NCBI GenBank assembly: GCA_001567085.1
Contig: LMZS01000062.1
Location: forward strand, 10,658 to 74,657
DNA length: 64,000 nucleotides
Source: Chloroflexi bacterium OLB15
Lineage (GTDB): Bacteria > Chloroflexota > Anaerolineae > Aggregatilineales > Phototrophicaceae
Reading direction: 5' to 3'
Shown: positions 1-9,416 of the stretch, in pieces
Position numbering within the stretch: the stretch's first letter is position 1
How the letters are laid out: each line of letters starts with the position of its first letter
Notes under the pieces: model-generated
What the model was told of the DNA's origin: nothing
Databases searched by the model: none
The model's input: the letters and a program-made list of their open reading frames with translations, nothing else
Position numbers and translations under genes: made by a program

Positions 1-648
1 GTGGATAACGATGTCAACATGATGGCGTTGGGCGAGCTTGCGGCAGGCTCTGGTCGGCGGCATGAAAATTTCATATTCGTGAAAGTTGGCACTGGCATTG
101 GCTGCGGCATTGTGGCGCGCGGCGAGATTTATCGCGGTTCTACAGGAAGCGCGGGCGATATCGGCCACATTTGCGCGGATAAGAATGGGCCGATGTGCCA
201 CTGCGGAAATATCGGCTGTTTAGAAGCGATAGCCGCTGGCCCGGCGATAGCCCACCGCGCCGCCGAAGCGGCATTGGCCGGGCGCAGTCAGATTTTGAAG
301 AAGTATTACGAGCAGTGCGGCGGGCAGTTGACGGCGGTTGAAGTAGGCCGTGCCGCTGCTGAAGGTGATAAGGTCGCTAACGAAATCGTCCGCGACAGCG
401 GCTACATCATCGGCGAAGTGCTGGCCGGGCTGGTGAATTTTTTCAATCCCAGCCTGATTTTGATCGGCGGCGGCGTGAGTCATATTGGCCTGTTATTCCT
501 CTCGTCTATTCGCAGCGGTATTTTGACCCGTTCGTTACCGCTTTCAACGCGGCACTTACGCATTGATACATCCGTGTTAGCGCAGGATGCCGGTTTGATC
601 GGGGCGACTGCTTTAGCTTTGACCAATGTTTTTTCCGAAGAGCGTTGA
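1..648 (+). CDS. ROK family sugar kinase/transcriptional regulator, C-terminal part (5' end outside window)
   Basis: Frame open from base 1; ROK zinc motif GHICADKNGPMCHCGNIGCLEA; glycine-rich kinase-fold segments VGTGIGCG and LIGGGV. Confidence 0.85.
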   Translation: MDNDVNMMALGELAAGSGRRHENFIFVKVGTGIGCGIVARGEIYRGSTGSAGDIGHICADKNGPMCHCGNIGCLEAIAAGPAIAHRAAEAALAGRSQILKKYYEQCGGQLTAVEVGRAAAEGDKVANEIVRDSGYIIGEVLAGLVNFFNPSLILIGGGVSHIGLLFLSSIRSGILTRSLPLSTRHLRIDTSVLAQDAGLIGATALALTNVFSEER

Positions 649-787
649 GAGGCGCTCGATAATTGCTGCCAACCCGCCATCGGGCGGCTTTGTGCATGAG
701 GCAGGGTTTTCAGAGGAGGCGAGTTATTGAGAGAAACGAGCGAATACCGAGAACCAATCTTTCAAAAATCCTGTTCGATAGGAGTAT

Positions 788-2122
788 ATGAAGATGCTTA
801 AGAAAACATTGTTGCTGGTGGTGCTGGTGGCGCTCGTTGCGCTCGGCTTTGGGGCAGTTTCGGCGCAGGAAGGCGTAACTGAACTCACCATCTGGTGGGC
901 GGAATGGGATCCTGCCAATTTCCTTCAGCAAATCGGCAACGAATATGCTGAAGAAACGGGCATTACTGTGAACGTAGTGCAGACGCCGTGGGGCGAGTTT
1001 TACAACCGTGTGGCCGCTGAATGGGCGGCGCGTGGTAATGCCTTCGATATGGTGGTCGGCGATAGCCAGTGGCTGGGACAAGCGGTTACTGAGGGGCATT
1101 ACCTGAACCTGACCGATTTCCTCGTCGGTGAAGGCATTGCCGATACCGTCACCCCCGCCACGCTGCAATACTACGGCGAATACCCGTCTGGCAGCGGCCA
1201 ATATTATGCATACCCGACTGAAGGCGACGCCGATGGTTGGGCATATCGCAAAGACCTGTTTGAAGACCCGGACAATATGGCTGCCTTTGAAGCGGCTTAT
1301 GGCTACCCGCTGGCAGTGCCGGAAACATGGGAGCAGCTGCGGGATATCGCCGAATTCTTCACCCACCCGGATGAAGGCCTGTACGGCGTCGGCGTGTACA
1401 CGCAGATTGACTACGACGCGATCACCATGGGCTACGAAAACACGATGTTCAGCTATGGTGGCAATTGGTGGGAAGGCGAAGACTACAACGTTCTTGGCAT
1501 CGTGAACAGCCCTGAGAACGTGGCCGCGCTGGAACTATACGCGCAGTTGTATGACTTTGCGCCCCCCGGCACGAACAATGCCTTCTTTGCAGAAATGAAC
1601 GACGTGTTTATCAACGGTCAGGCCGCGATGATCATGAATTACTTCGCGTTCTTCCCGGCGCTGGCGAACCCCGAAATCAACCCGTATGCCGAAACCACCG
1701 GTTACTTCGCCAACCCGGCAGGCCCCGATGGCCAGCGTTTTGCGGCGTTGGGCGGTCAGGGAACCAGCGTAAATGCTTACATCAGCGAAGAGCGTCAGGC
1801 GGCTGCCATTGATTTCCTGCGTTGGTTTGCGCAGGAAGAAAATCAGGCGCGTTGGGGCGAGTTGGGTGGTTACACCTGCAATTCTAACGTTCTGGAAAGT
1901 GAAGAATTCTTGTCTGTGGCGCCTTTCAACCCCGCCTTTGCCGAAACTATGACCTTCGTCAAGGACTTCTTCAATATTCCGGAATTTGGCTCGCTGCTGC
2001 CGATTACTCAGAACTATCTGCACGGCTTCATCGTCGGTGGTGAAGGTACCGCGCAAGAAGCGCTGGACAACATGGCAGCAGAGATGGATGAAGTTCTGGC
2101 TGAAGCCGGATACGGTGCATAA
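788..2122 (+). CDS. ABC transporter extracellular solute-binding protein (family 1, carbohydrate type)
   Basis: Signal-like N-terminus MKMLKKTLLLVVLVALVALGFGAVSAQ; AGGAG just upstream of ATG; aromatic-rich ~440 aa protein heading a permease/ATPase operon. Confidence 0.9.
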   Translation: MKMLKKTLLLVVLVALVALGFGAVSAQEGVTELTIWWAEWDPANFLQQIGNEYAEETGITVNVVQTPWGEFYNRVAAEWAARGNAFDMVVGDSQWLGQAVTEGHYLNLTDFLVGEGIADTVTPATLQYYGEYPSGSGQYYAYPTEGDADGWAYRKDLFEDPDNMAAFEAAYGYPLAVPETWEQLRDIAEFFTHPDEGLYGVGVYTQIDYDAITMGYENTMFSYGGNWWEGEDYNVLGIVNSPENVAALELYAQLYDFAPPGTNNAFFAEMNDVFINGQAAMIMNYFAFFPALANPEINPYAETTGYFANPAGPDGQRFAALGGQGTSVNAYISEERQAAAIDFLRWFAQEENQARWGELGGYTCNSNVLESEEFLSVAPFNPAFAETMTFVKDFFNIPEFGSLLPITQNYLHGFIVGGEGTAQEALDNMAAEMDEVLAEAGYGA

Positions 2123-2165
2123 CCCACCCGAATCCTGGCATACGCATCTCTATGCGTTTCACCTG

Positions 2166-2191
2166 TAGGGGCAAGGCATGCCTTGCCCCTA
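2166..2191 (+). repeat. TGTAGGGGCA-type palindromic hairpin (copy 1), between the binding-protein and permease genes
   Basis: Perfect 26-nt palindrome TAGGGGCAAGGCA|TGCCTTGCCCCTA, 42 nt after the binding-protein stop. Confidence 0.6.
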
Positions 2192-2327
2192 TGTCAGGGG
2201 TGGGATAGTGGCCTCTGACGTGTGCGTTTGCAATCACGTTTTATACCGGATCAAACATGGCGGGCAGGCAAAATAGCGCCGGGATGCACGCCTGAATAAT
2301 ACAGTTGCACCATGCGAGGGAATTACA

Positions 2328-3263
2328 GTGTCCCAGGCTACAACCGGAGCTGCTGCTCCACAAGTGACGCCCTACCGGGCCGCGGGACGCCGGCATTTGA
2401 GCGACCGGCAGATATTGCTGTTGTTCATTCTGCCGACGATGATTTTGCTCATTTGCATGAATCTGATACCGCTGATTTACAGTCTTTTTCTGAGCTTCAC
2501 TGAATATTCGGTTATTTCTGGCACCCCGCCGGCGTGGGTGGGGTTGGATAATTACACGCAAATATTGACCAGCGCGGATTTCTGGGCCAACTTCGCCACT
2601 ACCGGGCGCTTCGCCATTCTGTCGGTGGTGCTGGAAACGGCGGTTGGGTTCGGGCTGGCGCTGCTGCTGCGCTACAAATTTCGGGGCAGCGGCATTATCA
2701 CTACGCTCATTCTCGTTCCGATGATGCTTTCGCCTATCGTCGTGGCGACCTTCTGGAAACTGATTTTCAACCCCTCTTACGGCATCTTCAATTATCTGAT
2801 TGGCTTTACAAACCCGAATACTGCACCGGAGTGGCTTGGGCGCAGCGATTTGGCGATGTGGGCGATTGTGATTGTGGATACCTGGATGTGGAGTCCGTTC
2901 GTGATGCTGCTGTGTCTTGCTGGCTTGAGCGCGATTCCCGACTATCTGTATGAAGCTGCCAGCATTGACCGCGCCAGCGCGTGGTTCCAGTTCCGGCGCA
3001 TCACGCTGCCGCAGGTGATGCCGCTTCTGCTGATCGCGGTTTTATTCAGAACCATTGAAGCATTCAAACAATTTGACCTTGTGATGGGCTTAACTGGCGG
3101 TGGGTTAGGCACTGAGACAGTTTCGGTACGGCTGTACCGGCTGGCATTTCAAGGTCAATTCGACACCGGCATGTCTAGCGCACTGGCGTATATCATCCTT
3201 GTGGTGATCATCGCGATTAGCAACCTGCTCATCCGCGCATTGAACCGGGTCAGGGAGGGATAG
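2328..3263 (+). CDS. carbohydrate ABC transporter permease (MalF/UgpA-like)
   Basis: GTG start preceded by GAGGGA; multiple TM helices; EAA loop EAASIDRASAWFQFRRITLPQ. Confidence 0.9.
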   Translation: MSQATTGAAAPQVTPYRAAGRRHLSDRQILLLFILPTMILLICMNLIPLIYSLFLSFTEYSVISGTPPAWVGLDNYTQILTSADFWANFATTGRFAILSVVLETAVGFGLALLLRYKFRGSGIITTLILVPMMLSPIVVATFWKLIFNPSYGIFNYLIGFTNPNTAPEWLGRSDLAMWAIVIVDTWMWSPFVMLLCLAGLSAIPDYLYEAASIDRASAWFQFRRITLPQVMPLLLIAVLFRTIEAFKQFDLVMGLTGGGLGTETVSVRLYRLAFQGQFDTGMSSALAYIILVVIIAISNLLIRALNRVREG

Positions 3264-3267
3264 CGCC

Positions 3268-4272
3268 ATGACCGCAGCGACTCAAGCGCCCGGTGCGCCG
3301 GGCAGCCCGGTGGTAATCTCTACACGGGTGGATAAAGTTGGCACGCGCCCGAAGGTGATCGGCGCGATACGCGCTGTGATTGCCATCATCATCGCCTTCA
3401 TTATGTTAATTCCCGTAATCTGGATGGCGATGACCGCATTCAAAAGCCGTCCTGAGGCGGTCTCTGCGCCGCCGGTGGTCTTTTTCACGCCTACGCTGGA
3501 AGGCTTTGCCAGCCTGCTCACCCAGCGGCGTCAGGCCACAACCGCAGAAATCGCCGCCGAACTTGAACGTACCGATCTGAATTGGATGGAACAGATCGCG
3601 CTTTCGCGTGGTCAACTGGTGATCGGCCAGAGCGCGTTTCTACGCCAACTGCTGAACTCGGTGGTCATCACCGGCTTATCAACCTTCTTCTCGGTGACTT
3701 TTGCCGTGCTTTCGGCTTATGCCTTCAGCCGCTTCAGCATTCCCGGTAAAGATGACCTGCTCTTTTTCATCCTTAGCCAGCGTATGCTGCCAGCGGTGGT
3801 GGTGACGATACCGATCTTCCTGATGTATCGCACGTTGGGCTTACACGATACGCATGTCGGCATGATCCTGCTGTACACGGCGTTTAACCTGTCATTCGCG
3901 GTGTGGCTGCTCAAAGGCTTCATTGACGAAATTCCGCGCGAATACGAAGAAGCGGCGCTGGTGGACGGGTACACCCGCCTGCAAGCCTTCCGCAAGATTG
4001 TGCTGCCGCAGGCGGCGACGGGTATCGCGGCGACGACGGTCTTTTCAGCCATCTTCTCGTGGAACGAATATGCTTTCGCGCTCATGCTCACATCCGATCT
4101 GGCGCGAACCGCACCGCCCAGCATTCCGCTGGTGCTTGGCGTTGGCGGCATTGAGTGGGCGGCGATTGCTGCGGGATCGCTCGCGTTCCTGATCCCGGCA
4201 GTGATTCTGACGTTTGTTCTGCGTAAGCATCTGCTGCGCGGGGTGACGTTCGGCGCGATCAGGAAGGGCTAG
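3268..4272 (+). CDS. carbohydrate ABC transporter permease (MalG/UgpE-like)
   Basis: GGAGGG RBS; TM-rich; EAA loop EEAALVDGYTRLQAFRKIVLPQ. Confidence 0.9.
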   Translation: MTAATQAPGAPGSPVVISTRVDKVGTRPKVIGAIRAVIAIIIAFIMLIPVIWMAMTAFKSRPEAVSAPPVVFFTPTLEGFASLLTQRRQATTAEIAAELERTDLNWMEQIALSRGQLVIGQSAFLRQLLNSVVITGLSTFFSVTFAVLSAYAFSRFSIPGKDDLLFFILSQRMLPAVVVTIPIFLMYRTLGLHDTHVGMILLYTAFNLSFAVWLLKGFIDEIPREYEEAALVDGYTRLQAFRKIVLPQAATGIAATTVFSAIFSWNEYAFALMLTSDLARTAPPSIPLVLGVGGIEWAAIAAGSLAFLIPAVILTFVLRKHLLRGVTFGAIRKG

Positions 4273-4279
4273 CAGAAGC

Positions 4280-5377
4280 ATGGCAACGATCACACTAGAC
4301 AACGTTGAAAAGAAGTTTGGCGAGGCTTACGCCGTAAAACCGCTGAATATGACCATTAACAGCGGCGAATTTGTGGTGCTGCTTGGTCCGTCTGGCTGCG
4401 GCAAAACCACCACGCTGCGCATGATCAGCGGATTGGAAGCGGTAACTGCGGGCAGTATTCGCTTTGATGATCGGGACGTAACGTGGCTGCATCCCAGCCA
4501 GCGCGATATCGCCTTCGTCTTTCAGTTTTTCGCGCTTTATTCGCATATGACCGCGCGGCAGAACATCGCCTTCCCCTTGCAAGCGGCGGGGCTGTCTAAA
4601 ACTGAAGTGACGCGGCGGGTGGATGATGTTGCGGCGCTGCTGCGTATTCGCCATTTGCTGGATACCCGTCCGGGAAGCCTATCGGGCGGTGACCAGCAGC
4701 GCGTGGCACTGGCGCGGGCGCTGGTACGCCAGCCAGCAGCCTTCCTGATGGATGAGCCGCTAGGCGCGTTGGATGCGGAATTTCGCGAAACCATGCGCGC
4801 CGAAATCAAGCGCCTGCATATTCAGCAGAACGCCACCACCGTTTACGTGACGCATGACCAGATTGAAGCGATGGCGATGGGCGACAAGATCGTAATTATG
4901 TCGCGGGCGGAAGTACAGCAGGCCGGCACGCCCGCAGAGGTGTACTACGATCCCTCGAATTTGTTTGTGGCGCGGTTCATCGGCAGCCCCGGTATGAACC
5001 TGATTGAAGGCGCATATTCCAGCGGCACGATGCTGCTGCCAGGCGGAAATACTTATACCGTACCGGATGCATGGCGCAAGGCGTTGGAGATGAGTTTGCC
5101 GGATAGCGGAAAGGTGATCCTGGGTTTCAGGCCTGAAGCGGTGGTCGTTAGCCCTGAAGGCGCACTGAACAGCGTTGTTTATGCCGATGATTTACACGGT
5201 GGCTACAGTATGCTCCATCTGGAACTGCCGGATAGCAGCATTGTGCATGCGCGGGTGGGGCGCGAATTTAGCTTCCCCATTGGCGCGCCGCTTCAGTTCG
5301 ATGTTGATCCGCAGATGGTACGTTTCTTCAACCCGGTCACGGAGAAAGCCATACGCCTGAACGGGGGTGAAGCATGA
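4280..5377 (+). CDS. ABC transporter ATP-binding protein (MalK/UgpC-like) 1
   Basis: Walker A GPSGCGKTT, signature LSGGDQQR, Walker B FLMDEPL, C-terminal MalK-type domain. Confidence 0.95.
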   Translation: MATITLDNVEKKFGEAYAVKPLNMTINSGEFVVLLGPSGCGKTTTLRMISGLEAVTAGSIRFDDRDVTWLHPSQRDIAFVFQFFALYSHMTARQNIAFPLQAAGLSKTEVTRRVDDVAALLRIRHLLDTRPGSLSGGDQQRVALARALVRQPAAFLMDEPLGALDAEFRETMRAEIKRLHIQQNATTVYVTHDQIEAMAMGDKIVIMSRAEVQQAGTPAEVYYDPSNLFVARFIGSPGMNLIEGAYSSGTMLLPGGNTYTVPDAWRKALEMSLPDSGKVILGFRPEAVVVSPEGALNSVVYADDLHGGYSMLHLELPDSSIVHARVGREFSFPIGAPLQFDVDPQMVRFFNPVTEKAIRLNGGEA

Positions 5378-6426
5378 GCAATATTCGACTTGAAAATATC
5401 ACCAGGCGTTTTGGCGAGATTGTGGCGCTGGATGATGTTAGTTTGACGGTGCAGGACGGTGAATTTTTTGTGCTGCTAGGCCCAACAGGCGCAGGCAAAA
5501 CCACCACATTACGGGTGATCGCCGGGCTTGAGAAGCAGAACGCTGGACACGTCATCTTTGATGCGCATTCAATGGACGATGCCCAACCGGCTGATCGCGA
5601 TGTGGCCTTTGTGTTCCAGCAGTATTCGCTGTACCCGAATATGAGCGTGTATGACAATCTCGCTTTTCCGCTGCGTTCCCCGCTGCGTAAAACGCCGGAA
5701 GCTGAAATTAAGCAGCGGGTGACGGATGCCGCCGAAAAGCTGCGCATCAATCACCTGTTAGAGCGTAAAACGGCGCGGCTTTCGGGTGGCGAGATGCAGC
5801 GCGTATCCATCGGCAGGGCGATTGTTCGCAGCCCGCGCGTGTTCTTAATGGACGAGCCGCTTTCCAACCTTGACGCCAAGCTGCGTGAATCGCTGCGTGT
5901 TGAACTCAAGCACATTCAGAAGGTGCAGCACAGTACCACCGTGTTTGTGACTCACGACCAGATCGAAGCGCTGACAATGGCGGATCGCATCGGCGTTCTG
6001 GATCGTGGAAAGCTGCTGCAAGTGGGCACGCCGCAGGATATTTATGACCGCCCCGCGACCACCTTTGTGGCGCAGTTGGTTGGCACGCCGCGCATTAACT
6101 TGCTGCGTACCGCCCGTAATAATGGCGCGCTCAACATTAGCCACAGCGATTTAACGCTGTCAGCGGGGCATGAAAACCTGCCCAACGATCTGCTGCTAGG
6201 TGTGCGGCCTGAAGATGTGCGGTTGGTGAATGACGGCCAGTTTGAGGGTGTGATCACGCTGATTGAGCCGTTGGGCGTTGAAACCATCGTGCATATTCGC
6301 AATGGCGAACAGACGCTTTTGAGCACGATTGCCGGAAATGTGCAGGTGCGGATCGGTGAAGCGGTGCGTTTCAATGTGGTGCCTGATCGTATCCATTATT
6401 TCGACATAGATGGGAAGCGGATATAG
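5374..6426 (+). CDS. ABC transporter ATP-binding protein (MalK/UgpC-like) 2
   Basis: Walker A GPTGAGKTT, LSGGEMQR, FLMDEPL; ATGA start/stop overlap with the upstream ATPase gene. Confidence 0.95.
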   Translation: MSNIRLENITRRFGEIVALDDVSLTVQDGEFFVLLGPTGAGKTTTLRVIAGLEKQNAGHVIFDAHSMDDAQPADRDVAFVFQQYSLYPNMSVYDNLAFPLRSPLRKTPEAEIKQRVTDAAEKLRINHLLERKTARLSGGEMQRVSIGRAIVRSPRVFLMDEPLSNLDAKLRESLRVELKHIQKVQHSTTVFVTHDQIEALTMADRIGVLDRGKLLQVGTPQDIYDRPATTFVAQLVGTPRINLLRTARNNGALNISHSDLTLSAGHENLPNDLLLGVRPEDVRLVNDGQFEGVITLIEPLGVETIVHIRNGEQTLLSTIAGNVQVRIGEAVRFNVVPDRIHYFDIDGKRI

Positions 6427-6458
6427 AAGCCGCCTTCGGGCAGGAATGAGGGTTTAAG

Positions 6459-7310
6459 ATGCGTTTCGGCGTGAATGCATGGGTGTGGGTTTCGCCACTG
6501 ACCACTGAAGAACTCAAAAACCTTGCGCCAAAGGTGAAGGCGATGGGGTTTGATTGGTTTGAACTGCCGCTGGAAGTGATCGGTGACCTTGATCCGGTTG
6601 AGGGTGCGGCGATTTTGCGCGATCACGATCTTGGCGTAAGCGTGTGCGCGGCGATGGGGCCAGATCGCGATTTGATCCACCCTGACGCGGCCATCCGCGC
6701 AAATGGAGCGGCTTACATTCGCCAATGTATTGACGTGGTGCAGGGGCTGGGCGGCGCGAACGTGGTCGGGCCGATTTATGCCACCGTCGGACGGGTGTGG
6801 CAGCAAACGCCTGATGAACGGGCGCGGGATGTAGATACGCTGGTCGGGCAGTTGAGCGATCTTGCGGCTTACGGCGGGGATCGTGGGGCGGTGATCTGTA
6901 TTGAGCCGCTGAACCGCTTTGAAACCAGCTTTCTGAATCTCGCATCGCAGGCGATTGAAATTATTGACCGCGTGGATCACCCGTCTTGCAAGATCATGCT
7001 GGACACGTTTCACATGAACATTGAGGAAAAGTCGCTAGGAAAAGCCATTCGCGATACGGGCATTCACCGGTTGGCGCACTTTCACGCCTGCGAAAATGAT
7101 CGCGGCGCGCCAGGCAGCGGTAACGTGACCTGGCCGGAGGTGGCGGCGGCGCTGAAAGCGATTGGTTATGACGGGCCGGTAGTGATTGAGTCGTTCACCA
7201 ACAAAGTGAAAAGTATCGCCCGTGCTGCGGCGATCTGGCGTTCGTTTGAGCCTTCGCAGGATGCGCTGGCGCAAAATGGCGTGCAATTTTTGAAAGGCTT
7301 ATTGGCGTAA
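6459..7310 (+). CDS. ketose 3-epimerase family protein (D-psicose/D-tagatose 3-epimerase-like TIM barrel)
   Basis: Blocks IEPLNRFE, MLDTFHMNIEE and HFHACENDRGAPGSG match the conserved catalytic blocks I recall for D-psicose/D-tagatose 3-epimerases. Confidence 0.8.
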   Translation: MRFGVNAWVWVSPLTTEELKNLAPKVKAMGFDWFELPLEVIGDLDPVEGAAILRDHDLGVSVCAAMGPDRDLIHPDAAIRANGAAYIRQCIDVVQGLGGANVVGPIYATVGRVWQQTPDERARDVDTLVGQLSDLAAYGGDRGAVICIEPLNRFETSFLNLASQAIEIIDRVDHPSCKIMLDTFHMNIEEKSLGKAIRDTGIHRLAHFHACENDRGAPGSGNVTWPEVAAALKAIGYDGPVVIESFTNKVKSIARAAAIWRSFEPSQDALAQNGVQFLKGLLA

Positions 7311-7336
7311 GGGCAGTTAAAAGGCGAAAGATAAAC

Positions 7337-7377
7337 GCTAAAAGTTGGGGCAGAAAGACTTCCTCTCAACTTTTAGC
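7337..7377 (+). other. 11-bp perfect stem hairpin after the epimerase gene
   Basis: GCTAAAAGTTG ... CAACTTTTAGC with a 19-nt loop; no U tract. Confidence 0.5.
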
Positions 7378-7402
7378 TTCAGTAGCGATAAAGGGCCAGG
7401 CA

Positions 7403-8092
7403 ATGAAGCCAAAACGCAATAATTACTGGAAGGCGATTAAATGGGTGGGCGGAACGGCGATCATCGCGCTGATTATCAGCCTGCTTTCGCCATCGCTGAT
7501 CCAGTCGTTAGATGAAGAGATTCGCAATCAGGTGCTGATTCAGGCGATCCCGTTCTTTTCCGCCTTTGTCGCCATCCTGATGACTTACATCCTGATCATC
7601 GTGCTGTTGATGATCCGCTTTACGGGCAAAGTTCCGCATCGCATCTACCAGCCAGTGGATAGGCTAATCACCATTGGCATCATTGGCGGGATAGTCTGCC
7701 TGTTTCAGCCATTCTTCTTTGTAGCTTTTCGCTATGGTTTCCAACTGCTGCTGCTTTCCACGCTGCTGTTCATTGTATGGAGCCATATCGTGCCGCGTAA
7801 AGCGAAAGCCGATGCGCTGCTGCCAGCGGTTTCACGTATGGCGACGGTGATAGGCGCGGTGGCGGCGGTTGCAGTTTTCGCTGCCCTATTGCTGACGACT
7901 CTGGAAATGAACAAGCCTGTAGAGCCATACGGCATTCGTCAGCGCTTGTGGAACAGCTATGATGACACACAAAAGGCGCAGATTGCCGAACAGAAAGAGA
8001 CCGAATACAACACCGAGATAGTGCCTTTCCTGGTGGTGCTGAGCCTGTGGCCTGCGGCGCTGGTGATTTTTCAGCGTGCGTGGGGCGATTGA
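7403..8092 (+). CDS. hypothetical integral membrane protein
   Basis: 229 aa ORF with five to six long hydrophobic segments; no recognisable motif. Confidence 0.6.
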   Translation: MKPKRNNYWKAIKWVGGTAIIALIISLLSPSLIQSLDEEIRNQVLIQAIPFFSAFVAILMTYILIIVLLMIRFTGKVPHRIYQPVDRLITIGIIGGIVCLFQPFFFVAFRYGFQLLLLSTLLFIVWSHIVPRKAKADALLPAVSRMATVIGAVAAVAVFAALLLTTLEMNKPVEPYGIRQRLWNSYDDTQKAQIAEQKETEYNTEIVPFLVVLSLWPAALVIFQRAWGD

Positions 8093-8308
8093 CGGGTGGC
8101 AGCTTCGGAATGTAAAACCGGCGCAGGGGCATATCAGCAGCGACGGACATGCCGGGGTGGCGTTTGGCGGGGCAGGGTAATGCCCTGTTCCCTTCAGCGT
8201 CGTTGGGCGCATGGAAGCTGATTACGAAGGCCATACGGTGTAAATAAGCGCGGGCAGATCGCGCGGGATTAAATACGTCATAAAAGAATTCGTTTAAGGA
8301 GAACTATC

Positions 8309-9310
8309 ATGGCAAGACCTGTGACACTATTTACCGGCCAGTGGGCAGATTTGACGCTGGATACGTTGGCTGGAAAAGCCAAAGCGATGGGCTATGATGG
8401 CCTTGAACTCGCCTGCTGGGGCGATCATTTTGAGGTGGATAAAGCGCTTTCTGATGATGCCTATACCCGTTCGCGCTGGGATATTCTGGAAAAGCACGGC
8501 CTGAAGTGCTTTGCGATCAGCAACCATCTGGTCGGGCAGTGTGTGGCTGATGGCATCATTGATGATCGGCACAAGAGCATCCTTCCGCCGCGACTGTGGG
8601 GGGACGGCGATCCTGAAGGTGTGCGCCGCCGCTGCGCCGAAGAGATGAAAAACACGGCTGCCGCCGCCCGAAAATTCGGCGTGAATGTGGTCAACGGATT
8701 CACGGGCAGCCCGATCTGGCATTTGCTGTATTTCTTCCCGCCAACCACCGATGAGATGGTGGACAAAGGCTATCAGGAATTTGCGGATCGCTGGACGCCA
8801 ATACTCGATACGTTCAAGGGGCATAACGTTCGTTTCGCGCTGGAAGTACACCCGTCGGAAATTGCCTACGACATTTACACGGCGGATCGGACGTTGAAGG
8901 CGCTGAATTATCATCCGGCGTTTGGCTTCAACTTTGACCCCAGCCATTTCATTCACCAGCAGTTCGATCCGGTAGCGTTCATCAATGCCTACCCCGATCA
9001 CATCTTCCATGTTCACGTTAAAGACTCAAAGGTGACGCTGAACGGCGTTTCCAGCATTCTTGGCTCGCACATCCAGTTTGGCGATCACCGTCGTGGCTGG
9101 AATTTTGTTTCGCCGGGGCATGGCGATTTGAAACTTGATCCGATGATTCGCGCCCTGAACCGCATCGGCTACAACGGCCCGCTTTCGGTGGAATGGGAAG
9201 ACAGCGGCATGGAACGCGAATACGGCGCGAAGGAAGCCGCCGCGTGGGTGAAGGCTGGCGATTTCACGCCCTCAAATGTGGCTTTTGATGCTGCCTTTGC
9301 GAGTGAGTGA
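8309..9310 (+). CDS. sugar phosphate isomerase/epimerase (xylose isomerase-like TIM barrel)
   Basis: AAGGAG RBS; TIM-barrel blocks [33 protein letters not shown]. Confidence 0.85.
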   Translation: MARPVTLFTGQWADLTLDTLAGKAKAMGYDGLELACWGDHFEVDKALSDDAYTRSRWDILEKHGLKCFAISNHLVGQCVADGIIDDRHKSILPPRLWGDGDPEGVRRRCAEEMKNTAAAARKFGVNVVNGFTGSPIWHLLYFFPPTTDEMVDKGYQEFADRWTPILDTFKGHNVRFALEVHPSEIAYDIYTADRTLKALNYHPAFGFNFDPSHFIHQQFDPVAFINAYPDHIFHVHVKDSKVTLNGVSSILGSHIQFGDHRRGWNFVSPGHGDLKLDPMIRALNRIGYNGPLSVEWEDSGMEREYGAKEAAAWVKAGDFTPSNVAFDAAFASE

Positions 9311-9314
9311 GAAA

Positions 9315-9385
9315 AACGAATAAGGATTGGGTGATGAGTAACCCGTCAAAACGGCGCGTTTTCGGCTTATCACCCGTTATTCGTT
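9315..9385 (+). repeat. about 70-nt extended imperfect palindrome between the TIM-barrel and oxidoreductase genes
   Basis: AACGAATAA/TTATTCGTT (9 bp), GGGTGATGAG/CTTATCACCC (10 bp with one G-U), inner AAAACG-GCG-CGTTTT. Confidence 0.55.
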
Positions 9386-9416
9386 GCGTCCGACTGTTTT
9401 TTAATCTGGAGGATAG

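Noticed and set aside
710-1366. 218-aa ORF antisense to the solute-binding protein gene
   Set aside because: It lies fully inside a well-supported gene on the other strand. Its Arg/His/Cys-rich composition is typical of shadow ORFs in GC-rich DNA.
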